Positions 50,000 to 58,031 of a DNA stretch of 64,000 nucleotides are shown piece by piece. Made by a program: the position numbers and the translations under genes. Where the stretch lies: NCBI GenBank assembly GCA_963665295.1, contig OY762209.1, forward strand, positions 1,120,001 through 1,184,000, in the 5' to 3' direction. Below the pieces are notes generated by a model. That model was not told where the DNA came from. It did not search any database and saw nothing but the letters and a program-made list of their open reading frames with translations. The DNA is from Syntrophorhabdaceae bacterium (GTDB lineage: Bacteria > Desulfobacterota > Syntrophorhabdia > Syntrophorhabdales > Syntrophorhabdaceae). Numbering within the stretch: the stretch's first letter is position 1; each line of letters begins with the position of its first letter.

Positions 50000-50574
50000 G
50001 TCTTCTTCCACTGCCTCCGGGCTCTTGAGCGCACGCGATAGAGCCGCTCAGTAAAACCGCCTTCCTCGATAAACCCTCTTTCCAGGGCACGCAGTTGGTG
50101 GTCAAGAAGGTAGTTGGCCTGATGGATCAGGCAGATTGCCGCATTGGCCGCGACAACGGCCGAATCTTCAAAATATGTCTTATAGGTCGAATAGGCCTTA
50201 TCGGACTTATACGCCAAAGCCCTAACCTCTTTAGCTTTGGTATGATCTCTGCCCCAAAGGGGCAAGTGTTTTTGCCGCAAGAAGTCTTGAAAATCGAGCA
50301 AAAGCTCCTCCAAGCTCGCCCGCGCCACACCCACGAGCTTCAGTTCAGTCTTTTTCGAAGTGCCCGACGCCATGCTGCCTTCGGCAATGTTCTGTTTACC
50401 GCTTCTCGCCGCCTGCACCATTTGGTCGAAGGTACGGGAGCGGCGGTCGATAAACCGTTCGCAAAAGACTACCGTGGCGTCGTAGACAATCTCTGTCATC
50501 CGGTAGGACATAAGATTACGGTAACCACCGTGGGGCGGGATGAGGGTGGGGTCGTCGTCCATATAGTGAGACAT
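49996..50574 (-). CDS. Four-helix-bundle protein with suffix domain (23S rRNA IVS/Avd-related)
   Basis: HGGYRNL.SY, DQMVQAARSGKQNIAEGS, VARASLEELL.D, EGGFTERLY; ATGA-coupled to cas4. Confidence 0.9.
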   Translation of the reverse strand: MSHYMDDDPTLIPPHGGYRNLMSYRMTEIVYDATVVFCERFIDRRSRTFDQMVQAARSGKQNIAEGSMASGTSKKTELKLVGVARASLEELLLDFQDFLRQKHLPLWGRDHTKAKEVRALAYKSDKAYSTYKTYFEDSAVVAANAAICLIHQANYLLDHQLRALERGFIEEGGFTERLYRVRSRARRQWKKT

Positions 50575-50588
50575 AGCTGTTGTCTAGT

Positions 50589-51494
50589 CTACTTGTTATT
50601 AAGAGTTCGATTCCATACCAGTTTTTCCGTATTGACCCCATCTTCATCGAGTGTGACGCTATAGTGTTCCATTGATGTGGGAGAAGTTATTCCTTCCTTA
50701 ACGGCAACCTTTAGTCTCTCAAAGGTCCGGTATGCAGGTTCACAAATCTCATTCTGTTTGGGAGAGATGAAGACTAGGTTTTCCAGTATGATCGAACCCA
50801 GTGGTCGTGCGGAGGATTCATCGTTTTCAAACAGAGTTGTCATGGCTTCCTTCAAGACCTCAAGATCTGTGTCTGTAAAACCCGTGCCCCTTGGCGGTTC
50901 TTTTGCGAGAAAGGGGTTTACAGAGCCGACCACCTTATATACGGCATGCTCGACATAATTCTTGGTCCCCATGGTCGATACCTTACCCTTCTTCTTTTCT
51001 TCCTCGTTAGCGACACAGCACCGGGTTATTTGACTAACTGTTGGATCGATCTGTGCAATGCTTCTAGCCCATTGTATGGTAACAGGTCCACGTATTCCTT
51101 GATTGCCATCCCCGGCATCCTCGGTCTCGGTGTCATTTTGCCCCCTCTTACTCTTGCCTCGGTCCTTCCTCCTCGTCAAGACAGCCCCAAAGGCTCTTAT
51201 GTCCCAATATGCCTCGCACATGTGTTTTCTGTCATACTTGTGCGCCTCTGCTTTGGTCGCAAGGGGACGATCATCTTCTTCTGTGGGTCGGATAAAGATA
51301 TCAAATCCCTCCTCCCCATCTTTGAGTTGTGCCACCCTGTTTCTGATCTTGCGCTTGATACAAACGTCCGAGATAAGGCCGTACCCTTCCAAGTCTTGGC
51401 GAGGACTGTTGGCCACAAGCGGGTCCCCGTTCGGATTGGCCTTGGTTGCCGAAATAACAGCGATGAAATCAGTACGATTCTTGATGGTATCCAT
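50589..51494 (-). CDS. cas7: Type I-C Cas7 (Csd2)
   Basis: NPNGDP....PR, SDVCIKRKIRN, D.RAFGAV, RGPV, TMG.K, TGF...D, LFENDESSARP. Confidence 0.95.
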   Translation of the reverse strand: MDTIKNRTDFIAVISATKANPNGDPLVANSPRQDLEGYGLISDVCIKRKIRNRVAQLKDGEEGFDIFIRPTEEDDRPLATKAEAHKYDRKHMCEAYWDIRAFGAVLTRRKDRGKSKRGQNDTETEDAGDGNQGIRGPVTIQWARSIAQIDPTVSQITRCCVANEEEKKKGKVSTMGTKNYVEHAVYKVVGSVNPFLAKEPPRGTGFTDTDLEVLKEAMTTLFENDESSARPLGSIILENLVFISPKQNEICEPAYRTFERLKVAVKEGITSPTSMEHYSVTLDEDGVNTEKLVWNRTLNNK

Positions 51495-51519
51495 ATTATG
51501 TCCTCCTCTTGAGTTTTAT

Positions 51520-51942
51520 CTATTCTTTGTTATCTGCTTGTCCGGCTGTTGCTTCTGTTATTATTTCATTTTGCGGATTGGCTCCGGCTACACTTTTGAT
51601 GCCTTTTGTCTTGAGAATTGTCAATTGATGGTGATAGCCGACTATGACCCTTCCCGGTTCGAAGGCTAGGGTTCCTAGGCCCTCAGAAGTGAAAGGATCA
51701 TATATCTCTCCGAGCAAATTGTCGAAGTACTTCTTTTCCCCAGCGGTCATGCGTTTCAGGTATGGCATCGAAGCTAGTTCGATCCGTCCTATGAGTTGGG
51801 GTCTGTTCATTACACTTTGCATTAGAGAACTCGCCTTGTTATTGGGGTTCCCTCTTCCCCGATCAGTTTGGATCCAGTAGTGGACGGCAATTATTCTACC
51901 TGCCCGGTACGAACGGTCAGTACAGTCTTTATCCAGTGACAT
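51520..51942 (-). CDS. cas11: Internally translated small subunit Cas11c, in frame within cas8c
   Basis: AAGGAGG RBS 8 nt upstream of the in-frame ATG of MSLDKDCTDRSY..GR; 140 aa, as described for type I-C. Confidence 0.8.
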   Translation of the reverse strand: MSLDKDCTDRSYRAGRIIAVHYWIQTDRGRGNPNNKASSLMQSVMNRPQLIGRIELASMPYLKRMTAGEKKYFDNLLGEIYDPFTSEGLGTLAFEPGRVIVGYHHQLTILKTKGIKSVAGANPQNEIITEATAGQADNKE

Positions 51943-53823
51943 TTTGAGGTCCTCCTTCTTAGTACGTAATAAGTAATTTCTGTAGGCTGCAGCCGCAAGC
52001 CACACCGTATTGTCGTTCTGTTCCGTCAACGCCTTGAAAAGTATCACGTTAACAAGGCTAAGCGGTAATGGCCTCCCGAAGAGGGTAACTCCGGGCATTG
52101 CGTCCCACCAGACGGGAATCTTATTCTTCTTATCCGCTCCGGACTTCGGATTTGCGGCCTTGACAATTGCATGAATTGTGGGTGCCCTGTTAACAGCCAA
52201 ATTCAATCCTGGTTTCTTGTCGCGAAAGGCTACGCCCATTGCCGTATCGTTGATGAATGAGGCGTTGGCCGCTGCAAATTCCTCCAAGGTGAACCGATGA
52301 AACGCGATGAGCGATAAGCGTCCCTTTGCAAGCCTCATTCCCATCAGATGTACATTGTGCAAATCCTCAAAGTTTGCGTACATGCCAAGTTTTGCCCGGA
52401 CGAGACGCGTGCATTCGCCGGCCGTGACCACTTCGTCCCCATAGCCGCAGTCGTATGGCTGGTCCCCTCCCAGTTGTTCTTTAAAGAGGCTCCATGGTTT
52501 GGTATCAGTGTCCTCACGCCAAATGATGTAGAGAATGTCCCCTACTCTTACTTGGCAGTTAGCGGCCAGCCACCGCATTGCTTGACCGTATTTTTGTGAC
52601 TCATCTACTCCGGTAATATAGATTTCATGGTCGGCAAATCCGGTTGAAGAATAGGTATTGTACTCAGAGCTTTCATTGAATGATACTAACTTGCCTCCTT
52701 TTCGCGGCACGGTCAGGTGATCAATGGTCTTGGCAGGGAGTACATACTCGCCACTTAAGGTGCTGATTCGCTTTGTGGACTTGAATTCTTCCCTGACTTT
52801 AACCTCGGATTTGCTCCTCTGCATGGTTATCCAAGATGTCTGTACTTGCGGCATCTGATTGATATAGGCCACATTGCCGACAAGTCGCCACCGAACATAG
52901 AGTCTTCCGGCTTTGTCTCGGTATTTGTTGTCAGAATCACATGCGCTGAGATGCTCCCAATTCCTTGCGTAAGTCTCCTTTCCAATCCTAATCTTTTGGG
53001 CTGCCGCATTTACAATTAGTGCATGCGGACTATCCTCATCCATCTGACTGCCTTCGCTCAACAGGTTCAAAGTCCTATTTAGAATCTTAAGGTCTTCACA
53101 ATCTGAGTTTGTCAAGAAATCGCTGAACTGTCGTTTGTATGAGTTCCTGGCCTGTTTGTAAAGACCCTGCATTATTTCGACGGGGTACGCATCCTCGAGA
53201 ATCTGTCGATTGAGGCGGACGAGGTTTTCCTCATTCAAAGGCATTCTGGAATGCAAGCAGATTAGTGCGCGTGACTCCTGAGACAATGACAACTCCATAA
53301 AACACGGCACGTCATGGAGGGACGGCCCTCGAATAATCCTATTGAACTCGTCAATCAAGGTAGAAGATTGCAGTTTTGCGGATTTTGAGCCACCGATTAT
53401 TTCCTTTGCTTCGCGAGAGAATCGCATTTTCCATAAGTATTGAGAGACTTTGTCGTCTTCTTGATGCTGAGGGAGCCGTTGGAGAAGGTTTGATAATCCC
53501 TTCTCAACAAAATCTGTATTACGGAAGGACTTTGGTCCGCTAACCACATCAGGGTTGATGAAGAATCGTAATTGCTCAACGATTCCGTGAGGATGATTAT
53601 ACCAGTCATTTCGGCGATCATCGGACTTGGCGGTAACTTGACAATTAACATCCTGCGGGTCGGCTCCGCTCATGGTCTTGGCGGTTGAAATTGCCGAGAT
53701 AATTTCTCCTTTTTGGCTAATGACTACATCCACTCCAATTGGTAAAGCTGAGTGGAACAGCTTTGGCACCTGCTCAGACACCTTGAGCCTGTCGTAGAGC
53801 TTTATCAACTCTTGCAGCACCAT
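51520..53823 (-). CDS. cas8c: Type I-C Cas8c (Csd1), divergent, with ~120-aa insertion
   Basis: Between cas5 and cas7; L..L..LYD N-terminus, KLVSFN, GRLS, MSLD....RSY..GR..A; 767 aa from ATG 53823. Confidence 0.85.
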   Translation of the reverse strand: MVLQELIKLYDRLKVSEQVPKLFHSALPIGVDVVISQKGEIISAISTAKTMSGADPQDVNCQVTAKSDDRRNDWYNHPHGIVEQLRFFINPDVVSGPKSFRNTDFVEKGLSNLLQRLPQHQEDDKVSQYLWKMRFSREAKEIIGGSKSAKLQSSTLIDEFNRIIRGPSLHDVPCFMELSLSQESRALICLHSRMPLNEENLVRLNRQILEDAYPVEIMQGLYKQARNSYKRQFSDFLTNSDCEDLKILNRTLNLLSEGSQMDEDSPHALIVNAAAQKIRIGKETYARNWEHLSACDSDNKYRDKAGRLYVRWRLVGNVAYINQMPQVQTSWITMQRSKSEVKVREEFKSTKRISTLSGEYVLPAKTIDHLTVPRKGGKLVSFNESSEYNTYSSTGFADHEIYITGVDESQKYGQAMRWLAANCQVRVGDILYIIWREDTDTKPWSLFKEQLGGDQPYDCGYGDEVVTAGECTRLVRAKLGMYANFEDLHNVHLMGMRLAKGRLSLIAFHRFTLEEFAAANASFINDTAMGVAFRDKKPGLNLAVNRAPTIHAIVKAANPKSGADKKNKIPVWWDAMPGVTLFGRPLPLSLVNVILFKALTEQNDNTVWLAAAAYRNYLLRTKKEDLKMSLDKDCTDRSYRAGRIIAVHYWIQTDRGRGNPNNKASSLMQSVMNRPQLIGRIELASMPYLKRMTAGEKKYFDNLLGEIYDPFTSEGLGTLAFEPGRVIVGYHHQLTILKTKGIKSVAGANPQNEIITEATAGQADNKE

Positions 53824-53824
53824 A

Positions 53825-54475
53825 CTAATGCCTCCCTTCAAGTTCGTCGCGTACTAGCCGGTCCTCTTTCACATCATAGGGGTCGGGAAAATTGACTACT
53901 CCGCTGGTCATCAAAGCGTTCTTCCAGAGTCTTCTTACGCATTTTCCGTCGCCGTCCATAGGGTAGTCGATGCCATGCAACATTGTGCCGAAATATAAGG
54001 TTCCGCTATCATCATAATCGCCCTCTCCATCCATAAAACCGGAGAGCGGGCTAACAACGCATTGACATTCCCTGGCACCCAGAAAGGTATCAAGTCTACC
54101 ACCTTTTTCGATTGAACGTCGTGCGATGTCGAGATGTTTTCCTGGTTTCCGATCTGCGGAACACCTGGGGTCCCGGTTCCATTCCATCCGCGCCTGGATG
54201 TTGTAGCAGACATCATGCAGATAGGTTTGGATTACTTGCTTGCGTTTTCGGTTTTCATCGATCGCATTTGTCATAATTGATTGGGTGCGGACCACTTTCA
54301 TTACCCTCAAGCGCTCCGGTATCCACATGATTGTCGGCTTCCAGTAGATTGATTCAAAAAGTCCCTTGATCGCATCGTACGTCGGTATTTGATACGTACA
54401 CTTCTCTTGTCGAAACTCCGGGACAGTAAACAGCGCGAGCGGTCCGGTTGCTCTTATGCAGAACCTTCCAACCAT
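53825..54475 (-). CDS. cas5: Type I-C Cas5c (Cas5d), crRNA-processing
   Basis: G..ALFT.P, Y..PTY.A.KG..ESIYWKP, YL.DV.Y, GKH, FLGARECQ. Confidence 0.95.
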   Translation of the reverse strand: MVGRFCIRATGPLALFTVPEFRQEKCTYQIPTYDAIKGLFESIYWKPTIMWIPERLRVMKVVRTQSIMTNAIDENRKRKQVIQTYLHDVCYNIQARMEWNRDPRCSADRKPGKHLDIARRSIEKGGRLDTFLGARECQCVVSPLSGFMDGEGDYDDSGTLYFGTMLHGIDYPMDGDGKCVRRLWKNALMTSGVVNFPDPYDVKEDRLVRDELEGRH

Positions 54476-54486
54476 AATTTGTCCTC

Positions 54487-56922
54487 CTATACATACAATG
54501 AATCGACAATGCCGGGTGTTCTTGTAACACCCATATCGTTGTCATAGAAACCCGGTTTCAGGCACAGAATGCCCGTGTCTTCCTGTGCTTCATAGATGGC
54601 GTCAGCTTCTCTTAGCGCAATGTCCAACGCACTGCCCTGATATAGTTGCACGGAGTAGGACTGCGCCTGTCGAAGAAGGTTGTAATACTCACGATCGACG
54701 GCCTGGCTACAAAGATCAGCGATAATTCCGCTACCTTTCTTTGTCCAGGGAACTACCACGGTGTAGGAAAGGTCACGAATTACATAGAATTCTTCTGCGA
54801 CGGCCTTGAAAGGAGTGGAAAAGGCAAAGGAGCCCACGGGCTCAGTAAATAGAAGGCCGCACGCTGTATTGGCCCGATAGTGTCCTGGAAGCCCTGCGTT
54901 GACGGGATTGATGGGAATATCTACCATCTTTCTATTCTGAAGTTCTTTATAGTACGCTCCAAAGTAATATTGAATTGAGCTTCGTCCTAAACTGTGCCGG
55001 CCCATTTCCTTTGATGTCACCAGCGCGTCCCACCCGAGGCGTTTGCCTAGCTCCAGGGCCGTTAATGACTCGGTATTCTCTTCAGATGGATCGAGGTTTA
55101 CGATATAGACTCCCCCAAGTTCTTCCATCAGACCGTTCCGGTTGCATCGCCCGGCGGCTTGGGCAATCGAATCAAGTCCGGCGATAGACCTCCAGACGCA
55201 ACAAAAATCAATGTCAACCCCCGCCTCGATCAATTGGGTGCTGACTACGATCATACGGTCTTTCGTCAGTCTATTACGGATATGCCTAATCCTTTCCAGC
55301 CGATGGGCGGGGCACATATTTGTCGACAGATGAAATACATGGCCGGGAAAGGAGCCCTTCACCTTGGCAAAGATTGATGCAGCGGCGCGCTTAGTGTTAA
55401 CGATGCACAGGGCGTTGCCGTGGAGTTTCCCCGATTCAGTTAAAGCATCACCGAGTTCGGTTGTGGTCCAGAAGCTTGTCTGCCTGCACCTATTGATGAT
55501 TTCTGTCCGCTCAAGGTCTCTAAATAATTCATCTGGGGAAAAACATATTTCGGCGTTCTTTGGCATTCGCAGTCCCCGCTTTAGTCCTAGATTATCGTCC
55601 GAATCAATATATAGACGTGGCTGGGTTGCTGAACAGAGAACAACTGAGCACCCTTCCGATTCTACTAGATAATTCAATGCTTGGCAAGCTAGAGTCAAGG
55701 TATGAGGCGGGAGGGCTTGCACTTCATCGAGAATGATTATTGATTTGGATAGACGGTGCGTTCTGCGGTAGTTGCATGTACCCGCACTGAAAAGAGATTC
55801 AAGAAAGGAAACCGACGTGGTGAATACCACTGGCGCATCCCAGTTTTCGGCGAATAGCTTGCGGTGGGAATTCTCTTTCCCATTGCTGAGGTTAGAATGT
55901 TGTTCCAATACGTTTTGAGTTGTGTACCTGCCCTCTTGGTCCTGTTCGTCTAATGCATCCCTTGCCACGTCGGCATTTTGATCAATAATTGAAGTGAACG
56001 GAATAATATAGAATACGCGTTCGAGCCCATGCTGTGCGGCATGATTAAGAGCAAATCGAAGGGAAGCTAATGTCTTCCCACCACCAGTCGGCACCGTCAG
56101 TGTAAAAAAACCCAGAGGTCTCTTGGCTGCATCCAGACATTCCCTGCTGATCCTAGCTCGGACCTCGTCAACTCTATTCTTCGGTTCACCAAATTTGCCG
56201 AGATAAATCTCCAGTTTTCCAACGAGATCTTCAAATGACGAGCGGCTGGCATTAGAACGCGTTGCTTTCCGCGACGGATCCTCTGTATCGGCGGCATCGT
56301 TACGGTCTGCATCAACAAGGGTACTGTACACCATACGCAGAAGCATTTGGGCTTTGAATGGATCATACTTTCCGACTGTACACATTTTCTGGTTAAAGAC
56401 CATGGCGATTTCCTTTATAGCTTTAGGAATCAGATCTTCCACCTCCGCCTTTAGGGTCCCTGGGACGTTTCCTGTGTAATCAGGGATTGCTTTGGTGATG
56501 CGGGACGCATAGTTGCCGGGTCCCTCGCAGATATTCAGTAACCCGGAATGATGCGATGCGACACAGATAGCCACAATATCGCGGGCCATGAGCTCCATTG
56601 CTGATGCGTTCCGACTAAACGTTGAATGGACGTATTGGGCGCCCGCGGTGGAATGATCAATTTTACCCTTTAATGCACCGACATCGTCCTTGTCGCAATC
56701 GATAAGACCTGTGGCGGACTTTATGTAATGTTGAAATTCCTGAGAGTATTTTCCGAAGTCGTGTAGAGTCCCAGTCAATCGACACAGCTCTGGGAGGCAA
56801 AGAGTGTGGCCGACTTGACCGGCATACTCGGCGGTACCATTCAGGTGTTTGTCCACTGTTTGCTTGCGCCGACCATCTTTGCTGACGTGTGCTATGTAAT
56901 TGCCGGTATCATGTTTCGGCAT
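54487..56922 (-). CDS. cas3: Cas3 HD nuclease-helicase
   Basis: HL, LHDFGK, DHS.AG, SHH, LVDAD, TVPTGGGKT, DEVQ, SATQP, STQLIEAGVDIDF, QAAGRCNR. Confidence 0.97.
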   Translation of the reverse strand: MPKHDTGNYIAHVSKDGRRKQTVDKHLNGTAEYAGQVGHTLCLPELCRLTGTLHDFGKYSQEFQHYIKSATGLIDCDKDDVGALKGKIDHSTAGAQYVHSTFSRNASAMELMARDIVAICVASHHSGLLNICEGPGNYASRITKAIPDYTGNVPGTLKAEVEDLIPKAIKEIAMVFNQKMCTVGKYDPFKAQMLLRMVYSTLVDADRNDAADTEDPSRKATRSNASRSSFEDLVGKLEIYLGKFGEPKNRVDEVRARISRECLDAAKRPLGFFTLTVPTGGGKTLASLRFALNHAAQHGLERVFYIIPFTSIIDQNADVARDALDEQDQEGRYTTQNVLEQHSNLSNGKENSHRKLFAENWDAPVVFTTSVSFLESLFSAGTCNYRRTHRLSKSIIILDEVQALPPHTLTLACQALNYLVESEGCSVVLCSATQPRLYIDSDDNLGLKRGLRMPKNAEICFSPDELFRDLERTEIINRCRQTSFWTTTELGDALTESGKLHGNALCIVNTKRAAASIFAKVKGSFPGHVFHLSTNMCPAHRLERIRHIRNRLTKDRMIVVSTQLIEAGVDIDFCCVWRSIAGLDSIAQAAGRCNRNGLMEELGGVYIVNLDPSEENTESLTALELGKRLGWDALVTSKEMGRHSLGRSSIQYYFGAYYKELQNRKMVDIPINPVNAGLPGHYRANTACGLLFTEPVGSFAFSTPFKAVAEEFYVIRDLSYTVVVPWTKKGSGIIADLCSQAVDREYYNLLRQAQSYSVQLYQGSALDIALREADAIYEAQEDTGILCLKPGFYDNDMGVTRTPGIVDSLYV

Positions 56923-57250
56923 GGTTCCCTCCCAAATACCTTCTCAGGGAATAACGGACGCCTGTCGCTACCCGAGCTGCGCATCATCAATCTCGCGAAA
57001 TTTCCGGGACTATCCCTACATGGTCCACCAAGCACTCCCCAGTCCCTTTTGGGTTGGTATGGTATGAGTCGCCTTCTCGGCGAAAGGAGGCGTGACATGC
57101 CTGCGCGTTCTTATAGGTACTTCTATCGCTTGTCGTTTGAAGTCATCGCTGAAAGGGGAACTGGTAATCGGCTTCTTGCCGATAACTTGCGTCACATAAA
57201 CCCCCACCGAATTTATGGGAACGAAACGAAGAAAGTCTAGAGCCATAGAC

Positions 57251-57279
57251 GTTGTACAACCAAGGGAGGGCGAAGTCAA
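57251..57279 (-). promoter_or_regulatory. Putative sigma70 promoter of the cas operon
   Basis: Minus strand TTGACT, 17 bp, TACAAC; the -10 overlaps palindrome GTTGTACAAC (57251-57260). Confidence 0.4.
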
Positions 57280-57568
57280 GAAGATTCTCGGGAGGAGCGA
57301 ATCTCGGAAGATGGGGATCGTGCTCGATGAATGGTGGTGGCGCATGAAGCACGCTGTAAGCCGTTCACGCTCGGTCTCCCGTTACCGTTGATTGGACTAT
57401 CCTCCATCTTATCAGGAATAGCCCGTTACGTTCAATCCTTTGTTTCAAGCAAAACCCATTTTGCCCCTTCAACCGTTCTGCCCGCTATCTCGTGCGCCGG
57501 ACCTTTCCGCCCCCTTTTCTAATTGTCTTATGCCCCTTTCGTACGATGCAACTTTCGAAAACCATCAT

Positions 57569-57761
57569 GAGGGAGAGCCCCTCTTTCACTCCTGTGTGCA
57601 TTGCGGAGGGCAGTTAAGAAAACTCAGCGAAAATCATCGGCGAGGTAGAGAGCCCCCTTGCTCTGTAGGGGGATGGGGGGTGGCATTCGCCGGGGATTTT
57701 CGCGCCAAGTTTTCTCTGCCTGGAGCGTCGGCACGCGGGGGTGAAAGAGGGGCTCTCCCTC
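57569..57761 (+). repeat. ~193-nt long imperfect hairpin (structured RNA or REP/MITE-like element)
   Basis: 31-nt arms GAGGGAGAGCCCCTCTTTCACTCCTGTGTGC and GCACGCGGGGGTGAAAGAGGGGCTCTCCCTC; inner stems GGCAG/CTGCC, AGAAAACT/AGTTTTTCT, GCGAAAATC/GATTTTCGC, CGGCGA/TCGCCG, CCCCCT/AGGGGG. Confidence 0.8.
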
Positions 57762-58031
57762 CTCCCCTCAACCTTCAATTCCTGTTCGCTCCACTCCCCT
57801 CAACCTCCAAGCCCCTGCCCGCCGAACTACAGTTCTCCGACGAGTGAGGGACTGCCGTGCTCTCGCGGCGGGCGGGGTTGCGGCGTAATTTGCTTGACTC
57901 GATATAATTGAATATATTATGGTTAATCGCGGCGTATTTGTTTGGTATTAAGGGCTTGTTTCAGGCAAAAATGTGCCTTTCGGACGTCGATTTGAAAACA
58001 GGAGAAAATCCGTTTTTTTATAGAATGTTGA

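Noticed and set aside
49996..50574. Diversity-generating retroelement (Avd)
   Set aside because: No reverse transcriptase and no TR/VR pair with adenine-specific mismatches seen in the window.
56806..57352. ORFs upstream of cas3 as a regulator or anti-CRISPR
   Set aside because: Overlapping ORFs on both strands, no recognisable motif and no convincing RBS-start pair.
57420..57510. GTTCAATCC, GTTTCAAG and CGTGCG fragments upstream of cas3 as a degenerate mini-array (CreA/CreR-like)
   Set aside because: Best alignment to the repeat is about 17/32, with no hairpin and no consistent repeat-spacer spacing.
57569..57761. 6S RNA
   Set aside because: Length fits, but the closing stem is too long and regular and the central bubble too small; kept as an unassigned hairpin.
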